Positions 33,756 through 44,223 of a stretch of 64,000 nt of DNA are shown here, in pieces (the stretch's first letter is position 1; every line of letters starts with the position of its first letter). The stretch comes from Flectonema sp. DT1601 (lineage: Eukaryota). Made by a program: the position numbers and the translations under genes. The stretch is taken from positions 1,178,001 to 1,242,000 of the forward strand of contig OZ025801.1 in assembly GCA_964019425.1 (NCBI GenBank). Reading direction: 5' to 3'. The notes under the pieces were generated by a model that searched no databases, was not told the DNA's origin, and was given only the letters and a program-made list of their open reading frames with translations.

Positions 33756-33925
33756 GAAGAAGGAACATGTGAAAAAAAGTGAAAGGGAAAAAAAAAAAAA
33801 AAAAAAAAGGGTGAGCAAAAGAAAAGAACCAATGCGTGCCCAGGGAACACTGCGAACGAGCTTACTATACTACTCAGGGGTTAAAAAGAAATGGGGAAAA
33901 AAAAAAAAAAAAAAAAAAAAAAAAA

Positions 33926-34122
33926 GCAAAACAAAACGTGACCTTGTGAGCCATCATGAGTTATAATTTACTTATCTTTTCTTCGCCATGGCGACGGGTA
34001 ATCGTGGGACCTGTAAAACCAGCTTAAGACTGTTGATGTGGTTTATATTTTTAGCACGCATTCATACATCATAAGGATCGCTGGTTCCGAGGGTTTGCTC
34101 TCCCACTTACCTGCCTCTCTAT

Positions 34123-34127
<5 letters not shown>
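33926..34127. repeat. 202-bp repeat X, copy 1, embedded in poly(A) runs
   Basis: Almost identical to 43640-43841 (one substitution seen, GAGCCATC vs GAGTCATC). Confidence 0.9.
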
Positions 34128-34165
<38 letters not shown>

Positions 34166-34276
34166 ACTCCACACACACGTACAGGGCTAACAAGGAGAAG
34201 AGCAGGTAAGTCGATTGTCTTTTTTCGGGTTCCATACACAAATCATCCACAGCGAAGAGAACGGAAAAGGAAGAGT

Positions 34277-34331
<55 letters not shown>

Positions 34332-34334
34332 AGA

Positions 34335-37300
34335 ATGGAGAAAACAATGTTACTGTGTGGGTACGTGCTGCTGTGGGCACTACTAAGTGGAACGAGGGCG
34401 CAACAGACGTCCGGAGTGGGTAAGCAGAGGTTAGCCCCAGTGCCAGGCGGATGGCACACCCCTCTTTTCACAACGCTGGACAAAGGCCCACTGTTTTCAT
34501 CGCGCATCAGCCGACGCGTAACACGCCCGATCCCCCCGCACCCATTTATAACCCCCAACAGCTCAAACAGCCCCAACAATACGGCAAGCGGACGCGCTTT
34601 CCAACATGGACGAGAGGGGGTGTGGGTCCCGCGGAGGGGAACGGAAACGGCCGGGAACCGGGTGAGGCGAGACCACCCAAAGCCACCTCCAGACAAGGGA
34701 GGAAGGGAGCTCCTGAAGAGGGCGTCCCCGAAAGTGGCGTCCAAGGCGGCAAGGCGGCTGGAAAGGAGGAGGAGGAAGCTGCTGAAGGAACGGCAGGAGA
34801 GGTGGGAGCGGTGGGCGGGAGAGTTGGAGAAGTTCCACGCCAGGCGAGAGAGGTTCCGCGCGGAGACAGAGAGGCCAAGGAAGAACAAGGCGGAGACACC
34901 GAAGAAGCGACGGGCAGGGCCCGAAAGGGACTGGACAAAGCCAGGAGGGCACAAGGCGGAGCCCAGACCATGGTATGCGAGGCCGTCAGACCTGGCAGGA
35001 GGAGGGCAAAGCAAGGAGAGGACGAAGTGCCCGGTGGTGGGGTGCAGCGTCTGGGTGAGGGGTGACCTAGAGTACCACTTCAAACAACACCTGAAGGGAG
35101 TGGTACCGGGGGAGGTAACGGCCCAGATGGCATCCGACAGACTCGGAAAGCAGATCTGCAAGGCCTGCGGGGAGCTGAGTACCGGATTGGTGCACCAGAC
35201 AGTGAGGTGTCGGGAGATGTTGGACCTCAAGGGACGGCTGGGGGTAGCGACGGGACCCACGCCGGAACTGGCAAGCCTGAAGTGCGAGGGAGCAAAAGTA
35301 TTCCGGGTGATTGGGGATGGGAATTGCCTGTTCAGGAGTGTGTGCCAACTCCTAGAGACGCCAGAGGGGTGGAAGGGCAGACATGGAGAGCTCCGCAGGA
35401 GAACGGCAGGATACCTGACCAAGAACAGGGAAAGGTTCGAGGTCTTCTTCCAGGACGCGGACGCATTCGGAGTATATGCGAGGGCGTTGGAAGAGGATGG
35501 ATGCTGGGGCGATGCATTGGCCCTACAGGTCATGGCAGAGGACCTACAGTGCCGCTTCGTCGTCGTGGTGAGGACGGAAACGCTGGTGGTGGAAGGGCCA
35601 TCGGACCCGAAGCGGACGCTGGTCTTGACCCTGCAAAACGGGTGCCACTACGACCCAGTGGAGGCATCCGAGGACTGCGTCGCGCGGCTGCTACAGAGCG
35701 CCCGGAGGTTGGAGTTAGTGTCGCCAGGCCCGCTGTCGCAAGCAGCAGGAGGCGAGCCGGCAGTGCTGCAGACAGCCTCCCGACAGGCCCAGCGGCACGA
35801 GTGCCCCCAAGCGGAGTGCCCGAAACACAAGGGAGGCTTCGAGGAGTGGGCGGAGCTCCTAAGACACGTGGACGAGCACGCATTCAGTGGCAACCCGCTG
35901 ACGCATGGACAGTTGGCGAGGCTAGGCCTCCGGGAATGTCCGGTGTGCTGTGGGATCATCGGGCAGGACCAGCCGATGCATCCGGGGTGCAGTGAGAAAC
36001 TGCAGAAGGTCCAACTGGGGGACGTGTACACGGCGTTCCGGAAGCGGGTGCTGGAGAGCCAGAGCTTCCCCTCTTTGGAGGAAATAGCCAGCAGGAGGAG
36101 GCCGATAGCGAAGAAGCTGCCGGTGTCCCTGTTGCATCATCTGGGGCGAGCACTCAAGCTGTCGCTCGACCTAGTCGTGGAGCGGAACGATGAGTGGGCA
36201 TGGAAGCTGCTCTTGATGCTCCCGACATGTACACTGCGGAGGATACGGAGGGGGGGTAGGAGGTTGTCGACCAGCGATCTGACAGGGGCGGTCGACGACC
36301 TGCAAGCATGGATTCGGGGGGAATTTGAGGGACTGTGGAAAGCGGCGGCCCCCCGCAAGGCGACGGGAAGGCCAGCAGTGAAAGAGGCGGGGCAAAAAGG
36401 AAGGAACGACAGGGCCACGTCGCTAGCGAGGGAGGGTTGCCTGTCACAGGCGATCTCGGCCCTAGACGCGCCGCCGCCAGCAGAACGAACCGAGAAGGTG
36501 CTGGAGCAGATGCGCACCCTACACCCGAGGGCGAGCGGACCCCCATCGGCCACGGCAGGGCAGGAGGTGCAGATAGCAGAGGTGGAGCTGCTAGCATGCC
36601 TACGCTCCTTCCACAGGGGGTCGAGTGGAGGGCCTTCGGGCCTCGCGCCGCAACACCTGAAGGACGTGGTGGAGCGGGGTGAGGTGCCGGGGCTGGTAGC
36701 CTCGATCACGGAGGTGGTGAGGATTCTGGCGAACGGGAGGGCGCCGCGGGAAGTAGCGCCGCTGCTGGCGGGGGCGAACCTGACGGCGCTGGAGAAAGAA
36801 GGGAAGCCGGGGGAGCACCGGCCAGTCGCGGTGGGGGAAACATGGAGGCGGCTGGTGGCGAAGATCCTGTGCGGGGCATATAGGTCCCAGGCGAGGAGCT
36901 CGTTGCTAGAAGTGAGACAGCTGGGAGTAGCGGTGTCGGGGGGAGTGGAGGCGGCGGTGCACACCCTGCATGAGTTCCGCGCGGAGCACGCGCTCTCGTC
37001 ACAGAAAGTGTTCGTGAAGATAGACTTCTCGAACGCCTTCAACTGCGTGAAGAGGGGGGCGTTCCTGGATTCGACGAGGGATACCCTGCTGGAGAGCTGG
37101 GTCAGCTGGTGTTACGGAGCGCCGACGTGGTTGCTGTTTGGGGACGAGAGGCTGAGCTCGGAGGAGGGCGCTCAGCAGGGGGACCCGTTGGGTCCCTTGC
37201 TGTTCTCGCTGGCAATCAAGCCGGCGCTGCAGAAGGTGTTGGAGGCGAAGCCGGAGTTGGCGTGCTTCTACCTGGACGATGGGCTGGTGGCGGGCACCCT

Positions 37301-40300
37301 GGAACAGGTAGACAAGGCCCTCCAAATCCTGCAGAAGGAGACGGCGGAGCTGGGGCTGACGCTGAGGCCGGACAAGTGCCAGACGCACGTGCTCGACTCA
37401 GCCCAGAACACCCTGCCCTTGGGGTGGGGGTTGGAAGGGATGAGACCCCCACTGTACAACGGGGACTTCCTGGGGGCACCGTTCGGGACGGAGGAACACT
37501 GCCAGGAGTTCGTCGACAGGAAGGTGGCGCAGCTGGAGAAGAAAGCGGAGCTGCTAGCAGACCTGCAGGACCGGCAGGTGGCCATGGTGCTCCTAAGGCA
37601 ATGCATGGGCTTCTGCAAGGTGACCCACCTGATGCGATGCTGCACGCATGGGAAAATGGACACCTCGATGCGGAAGGTGGACGAGCTGATGAGGTCCACG
37701 GCGAGCCGAGTGTTGGGCCTGACACTGGAGGGGCCAAAGTGGATGCAAGCACAACTGCCGACCCGGATGGGGGGATTGGGGCTGCGGTCATGTGCAGAGC
37801 ACAGGGGAGCAGCACTATTGGGATCCCTGGAATTAGTCCAAGGGGTGAGCAAGTCACTGTGGGAGGGGTTCAAGGGGGTGCTGATGCCAGCACTGAAGAA
37901 GGGGTTGAACCTCGCCCTCCCGGAGGAGCTAAGGATAGAAGAAGACGGGCCGGGGCCGAACCCCCAGAGGCTGTCCTCGGCGAAACTGGACCAGGTCAAG
38001 AGAGACTGCCTGCTGGCGGGGGCGAATGACCCGCGCGATAAAGGGAGGCTGCTCTCCCTGCGCATGGATAAGGCGAGCGCATGGCTGCAACAAGCAGATG
38101 AAGAGTGCGCGATGGACCCAGAGACGTTCAGGATCGCATGTGGGATGCGATTGGGCGCAGCGCTGTTCGCGGAAGGGGCAGTATGCAGGATATGCTCAGG
38201 CCCACAGGATAGGCAGGGATACCATGCCTCAATCTGTATCAAAAACGGCCACGTGCACCAGCGACACGAGAGGGTGAAGGAGGAGTTCATCTCCATCTTT
38301 AAGCAGGCGGGATTGCCGCTGCTGAGAGAACCCAGCCACCTACTGGGACCCAACAAGCAGAGACCGGGGGACTGGTACTGCCAAGAGGGGCTGAGGGAGG
38401 GGAGAGGCAGAGCCTTCGACATCACAGTGGTAAACCCGGGGAAAATTAAATTGTATAAAACCCCGGGGCAAGCCGCGAGAGAAGCAGAGTCCCTGAAAGG
38501 GAACAAGTACGCGGAGCAGTGCACGAAACACGGGATTAATTTCTCGACAATTGCGCTGGAAGCGTACGGAGGGATGGGACGGGAAGCAGTGGGGACCCTG
38601 AAGAAGTTGGTGCAGATCTGCGCAACGAACTCGACGGTGCCACACCGGGAGATCGCGGGGGAGATGGCGAGGAGGATCTCGACATCGGTGGTAGTGGCGA
38701 CGGCGGAAGCACTGAGAGCGAGGGAGGCGTCGGTGGCGATGGACTCAGTGAACCCATTGCCAAGGACGAAACCGCCGCCCGAGATGACGGAGAAGCCGAC
38801 ATCACAAGAGAGAGAACCAAGACCGAGAGCGGAAACGGAAGAGATCCAGCAGCCGGAAGTAATGCGACAGTCGGCAGGACCGCCCCCGACGATGAGGGGT
38901 TTGCCGAACATCGGGAACTCCTGCTACCTCAACGCGTCCGTACAGTGCCTGCTGAAGGGCACGGCACTGACACAAGTGCTGACGGGGAAGGAGGAAGTGG
39001 GGATGTCGGGCCTCCTGAGTGGAGTGGTCAAAGGGAGTGGAGAGTGCCTGGAGAAGCTGTCCGAGATGTTCGACCCGCTACAAGACAGGCGGCAGGGGGA
39101 GGTAGTAGGAACCCTGACGTCCATAGTAGACGCCCTGTTGGAGGAGAAGAAAGAGGTGTGCGAACCGTTGTTCTCGGCAGTACAGCTGAAACAGCTGGTC
39201 TGCACGGGATGTGCGGACGCCTCCGGATCGACGGATGAGTTGACGCTGATCCCACTGTGTGGCCGTACACCACAAGTGAGGCTTCAGCCGACGAAGGAGA
39301 GAGTCGAGCGGTCCTGCGAGAAGCTGTGCGGCAGCAATGAGGCCACGCTGGAAGAGAGTTTCGCCTCGCTCCCAAGCTCCTTGATCTTCCAGAGAGAAAA
39401 GCAGGACACGCAAGGGTCCTTGGGATGGGAAGAGCGCTTCCAGGTGCAGGTCGGGGAGAGGGTGATGACGTACCAGCAAACGGGAGCGATCGCACACCTC
39501 GGGAGTGACAACGCGGGGCATTACGTGTCATACACGTGGGACGGAGTAGGCTGGCAGAAGCAAGACGACAAGGCAATAAGCCAAGTGTCGACAGAGGAGA
39601 TCCACGGGACGAAACCAGTAGTAGTGGTCTACTCGAGGGTGGAGGGATCGACCCAAGAGGACGTCGGGGTGCCGGTGAGATGGATTCCGGTGGCGAACAA
39701 GGACCGGATGGAGGTACGCGAGGCACCGCCGTCGGAGGAGGACACCGCGGGGTACACGTCCAGGGAAGAGGCGGAGTGTGTCCTCCGGACGCGAGTAGTA
39801 GGGGGGCAGACGCAGCGCAAGCTGCTCTTACTGGTATCGAGCGTCTGGAACGCGGAGATGGAGAAGCTGGGGGCGGCAGCATGCCTGATACACATGGGAA
39901 CGCTCGACAGGAGGTTCACGTGGTCGGGCTGCCTACCGACATGGGACGAAGCGACTGCGGAGTACGTGGCAGCGCTGCTAGGGCTCAACGCGATCAGGGA
40001 GAGATCGCAACTGCTGGGGGGTGAGACACAGATCGAGGTGGTCACACCGCAGCAGGGGTGGGGAGCCGAGCAGCAGGAGGCGCTGAAGTTGGTAGCGCTC
40101 CCGTCGGTGATAGAACACCAGGTGACGGAAAGCTCACGAGGGGTGGAGAACCTGGCCCTCTGGGAAGCGGAATCGGCGGCATGGGACGAGCCGGTGGAAC
40201 TCTCGGAGGACGGGCTCGACTACTTGGTGATCGAGCTGGAGATGAATCTGGGGCTGTCCCAATTGAGGGGAAAGGCGGCGGAACCGGATGAATCCCAGTC

Positions 40301-42857
40301 GCTCCCAGGAGGGTCGACGGCATCAGGCGAAGACAGACCACGAGCCGAAGCGCCAGCCCAGGTGGAAGCGCAGACGACGGAAGCACAAGGAGCGGAAGCA
40401 GTAGGGCTGAGAGACGAGCCAGCACAGGAAGTGGGACAACCCGAGGAAAAAGAGCCCCCATCCCCCGACCCCCCGTCGAAGGAGGAGAAGCTGTATGCGG
40501 TGGCGGTGGGATGGAAACCGGGAGTGTATGCATCGTGGGAGGAGGCGAAGGCACAGACGGAAGGGTGCCCGAATGCGACACACCAGAGTTTCTCCTCCAG
40601 GAAGGAGGCGGACAGGTTCGTAGAGAGGTGGCAGCCGGAGACCAGGGAACCGACCCGGGCCACGGAGGGAGTCAGCCCACGTAAGTGGTACGCAGTGGCG
40701 AGGGGCAGGGCGGTAGGCCTGTTCCAATGCTGGAACGAGGCGAACTCGATGGTGTCAGGCTACGCGGCGGCGAGACACAAGAGTTTCGCAAGCAAGGGGG
40801 AGGCGGAGGGATACCTCCGAACCCACCTGCTGGGGGAGGTGGTTGGCGAAGTAGGGACGAGGTACACCTTGGTGTACGCATGCGAGGAAGACCCGGTAAC
40901 GGGCCGTCTGGGGGCGGCGGCGAGCTGGTTGGACACACACCGTTTCGAGGTGTTGGGCACATGGTCAGCTGGCCTGCCAGCGGGAAACACACACTGGGGG
41001 CGATACTTCGCAGCCCTGGTGGGGCTGGTAGCGGCCAAGGCGTGTGGAGGCCTCGTCCCAGCGGAGGCATCCCTGCTGCTGCGAGGAAGCACGACACACT
41101 GGTCGACGGACCAGAGAGAGGTGCTGGAGGAGGCGGAGTTGATGGGGAGGCGTACGACGCTGGTGGAGATGCCAGAGAGGATGAGAACACACGCGACGGA
41201 GGAGGCTGAAAAAGCGGCGAAGGAGGGCTCGACCTCAGTGACGGAAGCCGTGATGAAGGTTTTCACAGAGGGGGCAAAGAACTGCCTGGGACACGGGACA
41301 CAGACGGGTCCCTTCACGGTGCGGTGGGAGGGAAGACAACTGCGTCTGGAACCCCAGTACACAGAAGAGGGGACGGGATCGTCAGGCGGCCGAGAGTCGG
41401 TGGAAGGAGAAGACGCGAGGGTAGAGGGCCGAGACGAGCAGAGCCCGGTCCCAACCCCGAAGGGGGCCGTGCAAAGGGTAGAGGCGGGAGTCCTGGAGTT
41501 GAGCTCGGAAGGGTCGGAGGGAGATGACGATAGATCATCCTCCCCAGCGACAGGGCAGGACGAAGGGAACGGTTCCATGTCGGGAGGCTCCTTGGGGAGT
41601 CCAGGGACGTCGGACATGGAAGCGGAAGAACAGACGGACGAAAGGGACCAGTCAGTAGACCCGTCGGCAGCAGAGACCTCAGGCGAAAACCATCACCTGG
41701 CCGAGGACCTGCAAGCCGAGAAGGGGGACGAGCTGGACGAGACGTCCCACCACTCAGGAGAGCCACCGTCGTCAGACGGCATGGACGGAGTGGAGGGGTT
41801 GGAGGACCTGGAAGACTCACAGTCGGAGATGGAAGTCGACGGAGAAAATGTGACGGAAGGGTCAGTAGTCCAGTACGTCGAGGAGACGTCAGAGGACGTG
41901 GTCCAGGTGGCAGAGTCGGACACAGAGGAGGAGGGATCGTCAGACTCCCAAATGACCATGACGGTCGATGAACAGGAATGGGAAGAGGGAGCGGCGCCCG
42001 AGGGGAACGCAGGTCAGATGGCCTGGATGCTGGGACTACACCCAGAAGGGGGGAACGCGGAAACACGACGGGAGGGCCAATCGGAGCCCCTTTCAAAGCT
42101 GGTGAACTCAGGCGAAACAAAACCAATGGCCGAGAGATCCAGTTTGGGGGCGAAGATGGGACCACGCGCAGTGGGTAGTGACGGGAGCGGGGAAGACGCA
42201 GAGAGATCGCCGGGCACGGTGTCGACACCGAGCACGAGAGGGAGGACGAAGTACAGAAAGGGAATGGAGGAGGAGAGGGAGGAGTGTGTGTCGCCGAAGA
42301 CAAATACGGGAAGGGGACGCACGAGAGGCCGGAAGGCAAAGACGGGGGCAAAGGGGGCCGGAAAGGAGGACCCAAGTCCGCAGGTGTTGCAGGCGGAAAT
42401 GGGAGAGTCCACCCCGAGCTCAGGTGAACGGCAGGCGAGGAGGAGGTACAGGAAGGGAGAAGAGAGGGAGAGGATAGAGGTTCTCTCCCCAGACCCGAGC
42501 AGGAAAGCGAAGAGGAAGAGACGCAAGCAGAAGGAACCGGAGCCAGTGGAGGGCACCACGAGGGAACAGGCGCCGCGGAGTTACAACAGGAAACCCACAC
42601 TGCGTCGGGTAGGTAAGGGAGACACACCCGACACAATGGGGTACGCACACGGGCCCCCGGGCTCCCTGACCTCGTTCACGGACGCGGGCGTACGCCCGGA
42701 GCCGGCGGAACGAGACGGACAAGGTGTGGCAGGAGCAGAGTTGGTCACAAGGTCGTCGTCACAGAGTGAGAAAAGCACCCAAGGAGAGATGAGGGAGAGA
42801 GAAGGGGATCCAACGCGAAGGGTCCTGGACTTCTCGTCGAAAGGGGGAAGGCGCTAG
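34335..42857 (+). CDS. Non-LTR ORF2 polyprotein: C2H2 ZnF, OTU, ZnF, RT, RLE, USP, RNase H-like, 2 x RNase H1 hybrid-binding, RNase H-like, acidic tail
   Basis: OTU: IGDGNCLFRSV...WG...HYD. RT: RPVAVGETWRRL, IDFSNAFN, GAQQGDPLGPLLF, YLDD. RLE: CRIC..HASIC, RH, RPGD, FDITV, KGNKY, EAYG. USP: GLPNIGNSCYLNASVQCL and HLG..AGHYVSY..W..QDD. Hybrid-binding: YAVAVGWKPGVYASW and YAVARGRAVGLFQCW. First ATG at 34335, no internal stop. Confidence 0.92.
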   Translation: MEKTMLLCGYVLLWALLSGTRAQQTSGVGKQRLAPVPGGWHTPLFTTLDKGPLFSSRISRRVTRPIPPHPFITPNSSNSPNNTASGRAFQHGREGVWVPRRGTETAGNRVRRDHPKPPPDKGGRELLKRASPKVASKAARRLERRRRKLLKERQERWERWAGELEKFHARRERFRAETERPRKNKAETPKKRRAGPERDWTKPGGHKAEPRPWYARPSDLAGGGQSKERTKCPVVGCSVWVRGDLEYHFKQHLKGVVPGEVTAQMASDRLGKQICKACGELSTGLVHQTVRCREMLDLKGRLGVATGPTPELASLKCEGAKVFRVIGDGNCLFRSVCQLLETPEGWKGRHGELRRRTAGYLTKNRERFEVFFQDADAFGVYARALEEDGCWGDALALQVMAEDLQCRFVVVVRTETLVVEGPSDPKRTLVLTLQNGCHYDPVEASEDCVARLLQSARRLELVSPGPLSQAAGGEPAVLQTASRQAQRHECPQAECPKHKGGFEEWAELLRHVDEHAFSGNPLTHGQLARLGLRECPVCCGIIGQDQPMHPGCSEKLQKVQLGDVYTAFRKRVLESQSFPSLEEIASRRRPIAKKLPVSLLHHLGRALKLSLDLVVERNDEWAWKLLLMLPTCTLRRIRRGGRRLSTSDLTGAVDDLQAWIRGEFEGLWKAAAPRKATGRPAVKEAGQKGRNDRATSLAREGCLSQAISALDAPPPAERTEKVLEQMRTLHPRASGPPSATAGQEVQIAEVELLACLRSFHRGSSGGPSGLAPQHLKDVVERGEVPGLVASITEVVRILANGRAPREVAPLLAGANLTALEKEGKPGEHRPVAVGETWRRLVAKILCGAYRSQARSSLLEVRQLGVAVSGGVEAAVHTLHEFRAEHALSSQKVFVKIDFSNAFNCVKRGAFLDSTRDTLLESWVSWCYGAPTWLLFGDERLSSEEGAQQGDPLGPLLFSLAIKPALQKVLEAKPELACFYLDDGLVAGTLEQVDKALQILQKETAELGLTLRPDKCQTHVLDSAQNTLPLGWGLEGMRPPLYNGDFLGAPFGTEEHCQEFVDRKVAQLEKKAELLADLQDRQVAMVLLRQCMGFCKVTHLMRCCTHGKMDTSMRKVDELMRSTASRVLGLTLEGPKWMQAQLPTRMGGLGLRSCAEHRGAALLGSLELVQGVSKSLWEGFKGVLMPALKKGLNLALPEELRIEEDGPGPNPQRLSSAKLDQVKRDCLLAGANDPRDKGRLLSLRMDKASAWLQQADEECAMDPETFRIACGMRLGAALFAEGAVCRICSGPQDRQGYHASICIKNGHVHQRHERVKEEFISIFKQAGLPLLREPSHLLGPNKQRPGDWYCQEGLREGRGRAFDITVVNPGKIKLYKTPGQAAREAESLKGNKYAEQCTKHGINFSTIALEAYGGMGREAVGTLKKLVQICATNSTVPHREIAGEMARRISTSVVVATAEALRAREASVAMDSVNPLPRTKPPPEMTEKPTSQEREPRPRAETEEIQQPEVMRQSAGPPPTMRGLPNIGNSCYLNASVQCLLKGTALTQVLTGKEEVGMSGLLSGVVKGSGECLEKLSEMFDPLQDRRQGEVVGTLTSIVDALLEEKKEVCEPLFSAVQLKQLVCTGCADASGSTDELTLIPLCGRTPQVRLQPTKERVERSCEKLCGSNEATLEESFASLPSSLIFQREKQDTQGSLGWEERFQVQVGERVMTYQQTGAIAHLGSDNAGHYVSYTWDGVGWQKQDDKAISQVSTEEIHGTKPVVVVYSRVEGSTQEDVGVPVRWIPVANKDRMEVREAPPSEEDTAGYTSREEAECVLRTRVVGGQTQRKLLLLVSSVWNAEMEKLGAAACLIHMGTLDRRFTWSGCLPTWDEATAEYVAALLGLNAIRERSQLLGGETQIEVVTPQQGWGAEQQEALKLVALPSVIEHQVTESSRGVENLALWEAESAAWDEPVELSEDGLDYLVIELEMNLGLSQLRGKAAEPDESQSLPGGSTASGEDRPRAEAPAQVEAQTTEAQGAEAVGLRDEPAQEVGQPEEKEPPSPDPPSKEEKLYAVAVGWKPGVYASWEEAKAQTEGCPNATHQSFSSRKEADRFVERWQPETREPTRATEGVSPRKWYAVARGRAVGLFQCWNEANSMVSGYAAARHKSFASKGEAEGYLRTHLLGEVVGEVGTRYTLVYACEEDPVTGRLGAAASWLDTHRFEVLGTWSAGLPAGNTHWGRYFAALVGLVAAKACGGLVPAEASLLLRGSTTHWSTDQREVLEEAELMGRRTTLVEMPERMRTHATEEAEKAAKEGSTSVTEAVMKVFTEGAKNCLGHGTQTGPFTVRWEGRQLRLEPQYTEEGTGSSGGRESVEGEDARVEGRDEQSPVPTPKGAVQRVEAGVLELSSEGSEGDDDRSSSPATGQDEGNGSMSGGSLGSPGTSDMEAEEQTDERDQSVDPSAAETSGENHHLAEDLQAEKGDELDETSHHSGEPPSSDGMDGVEGLEDLEDSQSEMEVDGENVTEGSVVQYVEETSEDVVQVAESDTEEEGSSDSQMTMTVDEQEWEEGAAPEGNAGQMAWMLGLHPEGGNAETRREGQSEPLSKLVNSGETKPMAERSSLGAKMGPRAVGSDGSGEDAERSPGTVSTPSTRGRTKYRKGMEEEREECVSPKTNTGRGRTRGRKAKTGAKGAGKEDPSPQVLQAEMGESTPSSGERQARRRYRKGEERERIEVLSPDPSRKAKRKRRKQKEPEPVEGTTREQAPRSYNRKPTLRRVGKGDTPDTMGYAHGPPGSLTSFTDAGVRPEPAERDGQGVAGAELVTRSSSQSEKSTQGEMREREGDPTRRVLDFSSKGGRR

Positions 42858-43226
42858 GGACTCCACGAAGGAGGTCTCAAGAGTCGAGGAAAAGACAGAG
42901 CCAAGACCCCAGAGCCAACCCAAAACACATGGTAGAGGACGAGGGAGAACAAGAGCGGGAGCGAGGTTAGAAACGTGACCAAAGCCCCCGCGAAGCAGGA
43001 GACACAACCTGCAACCAGACCCCCCCAAAAGAAAAAAAACCCCGGTCAACGAGGCAAACTCGGACCAAAACATGCTTTTCACCCCCCCCAGGAAACACCG
43101 ACCAGTGGAGCCAAAGGCCGCACACATATTATAAAAATCAAAGGCCGCCCCCCAACCCAAGAAAAGGATGAAAAACTTTCAAGCGAAAAAACTTGACGTC
43201 CGTACGCCCCAGAGATCAAAGGACGG

Positions 43227-43587
43227 ACGACTCACACCCCCTTCTTTCGCCCCATTTTATTTACTGGTACAGCGACAAATGTAAAGCTGGGTAGACGACG
43301 AATTATCTTTTGTGCACAGAGACAAGGGATCCATGAGAACAAAGGATCAAGAGAAGAAGGGCACATTCCCCATCCCAAACCCAGAAACATGAGAACTCAT
43401 TAAATTGAAGGGTCATGTCTTTTCAAGTCGAAAAATGCTTAAATGCTGAAGAAGACTGTCGTCCCCAGCTCGCGGGTTTTCCCTGTCGCTGTATGTCGAG
43501 ACAACGATCAGAGTCAGTAGAAAGATTGTACAAATTTGTTGTATAATGAGAAAGGACAAAGAGAGTAGTTTCCATTTTATCTTCCCG
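43227..43587 (+). repeat. Retrotransposon 3' UTR end, duplicated at 43849-44210
   Basis: ~360-bp near-identical direct repeat, each copy ending TCTTCCCG plus long poly(A). Confidence 0.9.
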
Positions 43588-43639
<52 letters not shown>

Positions 43640-43640
<1 letters not shown>

Positions 43641-43841
43641 CAAAACAAAACGTGACCTTGTGAGTCATCATGAGTTATAATTTACTTATCTTTTCTTCGC
43701 CATGGCGACGGGTAATCGTGGGACCTGTAAAACCAGCTTAAGACTGTTGATGTGGTTTATATTTTTAGCACGCATTCATACATCATAAGGATCGCTGGTT
43801 CCGAGGGTTTGCTCTCCCACTTACCTGCCTCTCTATCCCTC
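43640..43841. repeat. Repeat X, copy 2
   Basis: Direct copy of 33926-34127, placed right after the first poly(A) tail. Confidence 0.9.
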
Positions 43842-44223
43842 AATAAAAACGACTCACACCCCCTTCTTTCGCCCCATTTTATTTACTGGTACAGCGACAA
43901 ATGTAAAGCTGGGTAGACGACGAATTATTTTTTGTGCACAGAGACAAGGGATCCATGAGAACAAAGGATCAAGAGAAGAAGTGCACATTCCCCCTTCCCA
44001 AACCCAGAAACATGAGAACTCATTAAATTGAAGGGTCATGTCTTTTCAAGTCGAAAAATGCTTAAATGCTGAAGAAGACTGTCGTCCCCAGCTCGCGGGT
44101 TTTCCCTGTCGCTGTATGTCGAGACAACGATCAGAGTCAGTAGAAAGATTGTACTAATTAACAGTATAATGAAAAAGGACAAAGAGAGTAGTTTCCATTT
44201 TATCTTCCCGAAAAAAAAAAAAA

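Noticed and set aside
34215..34334. Poly-Lys N-terminal extension of ORF2
   Set aside because: It starts at TTG and runs through a poly(A) tract of unreliable length. The first ATG is at 34335.
34187..42778. Many long antisense and alternate-frame ORFs over ORF2 (e.g. 37268-38911, 41314-42648)
   Set aside because: Shadow ORFs expected from GC-rich, purine-skewed coding DNA, with no motifs.
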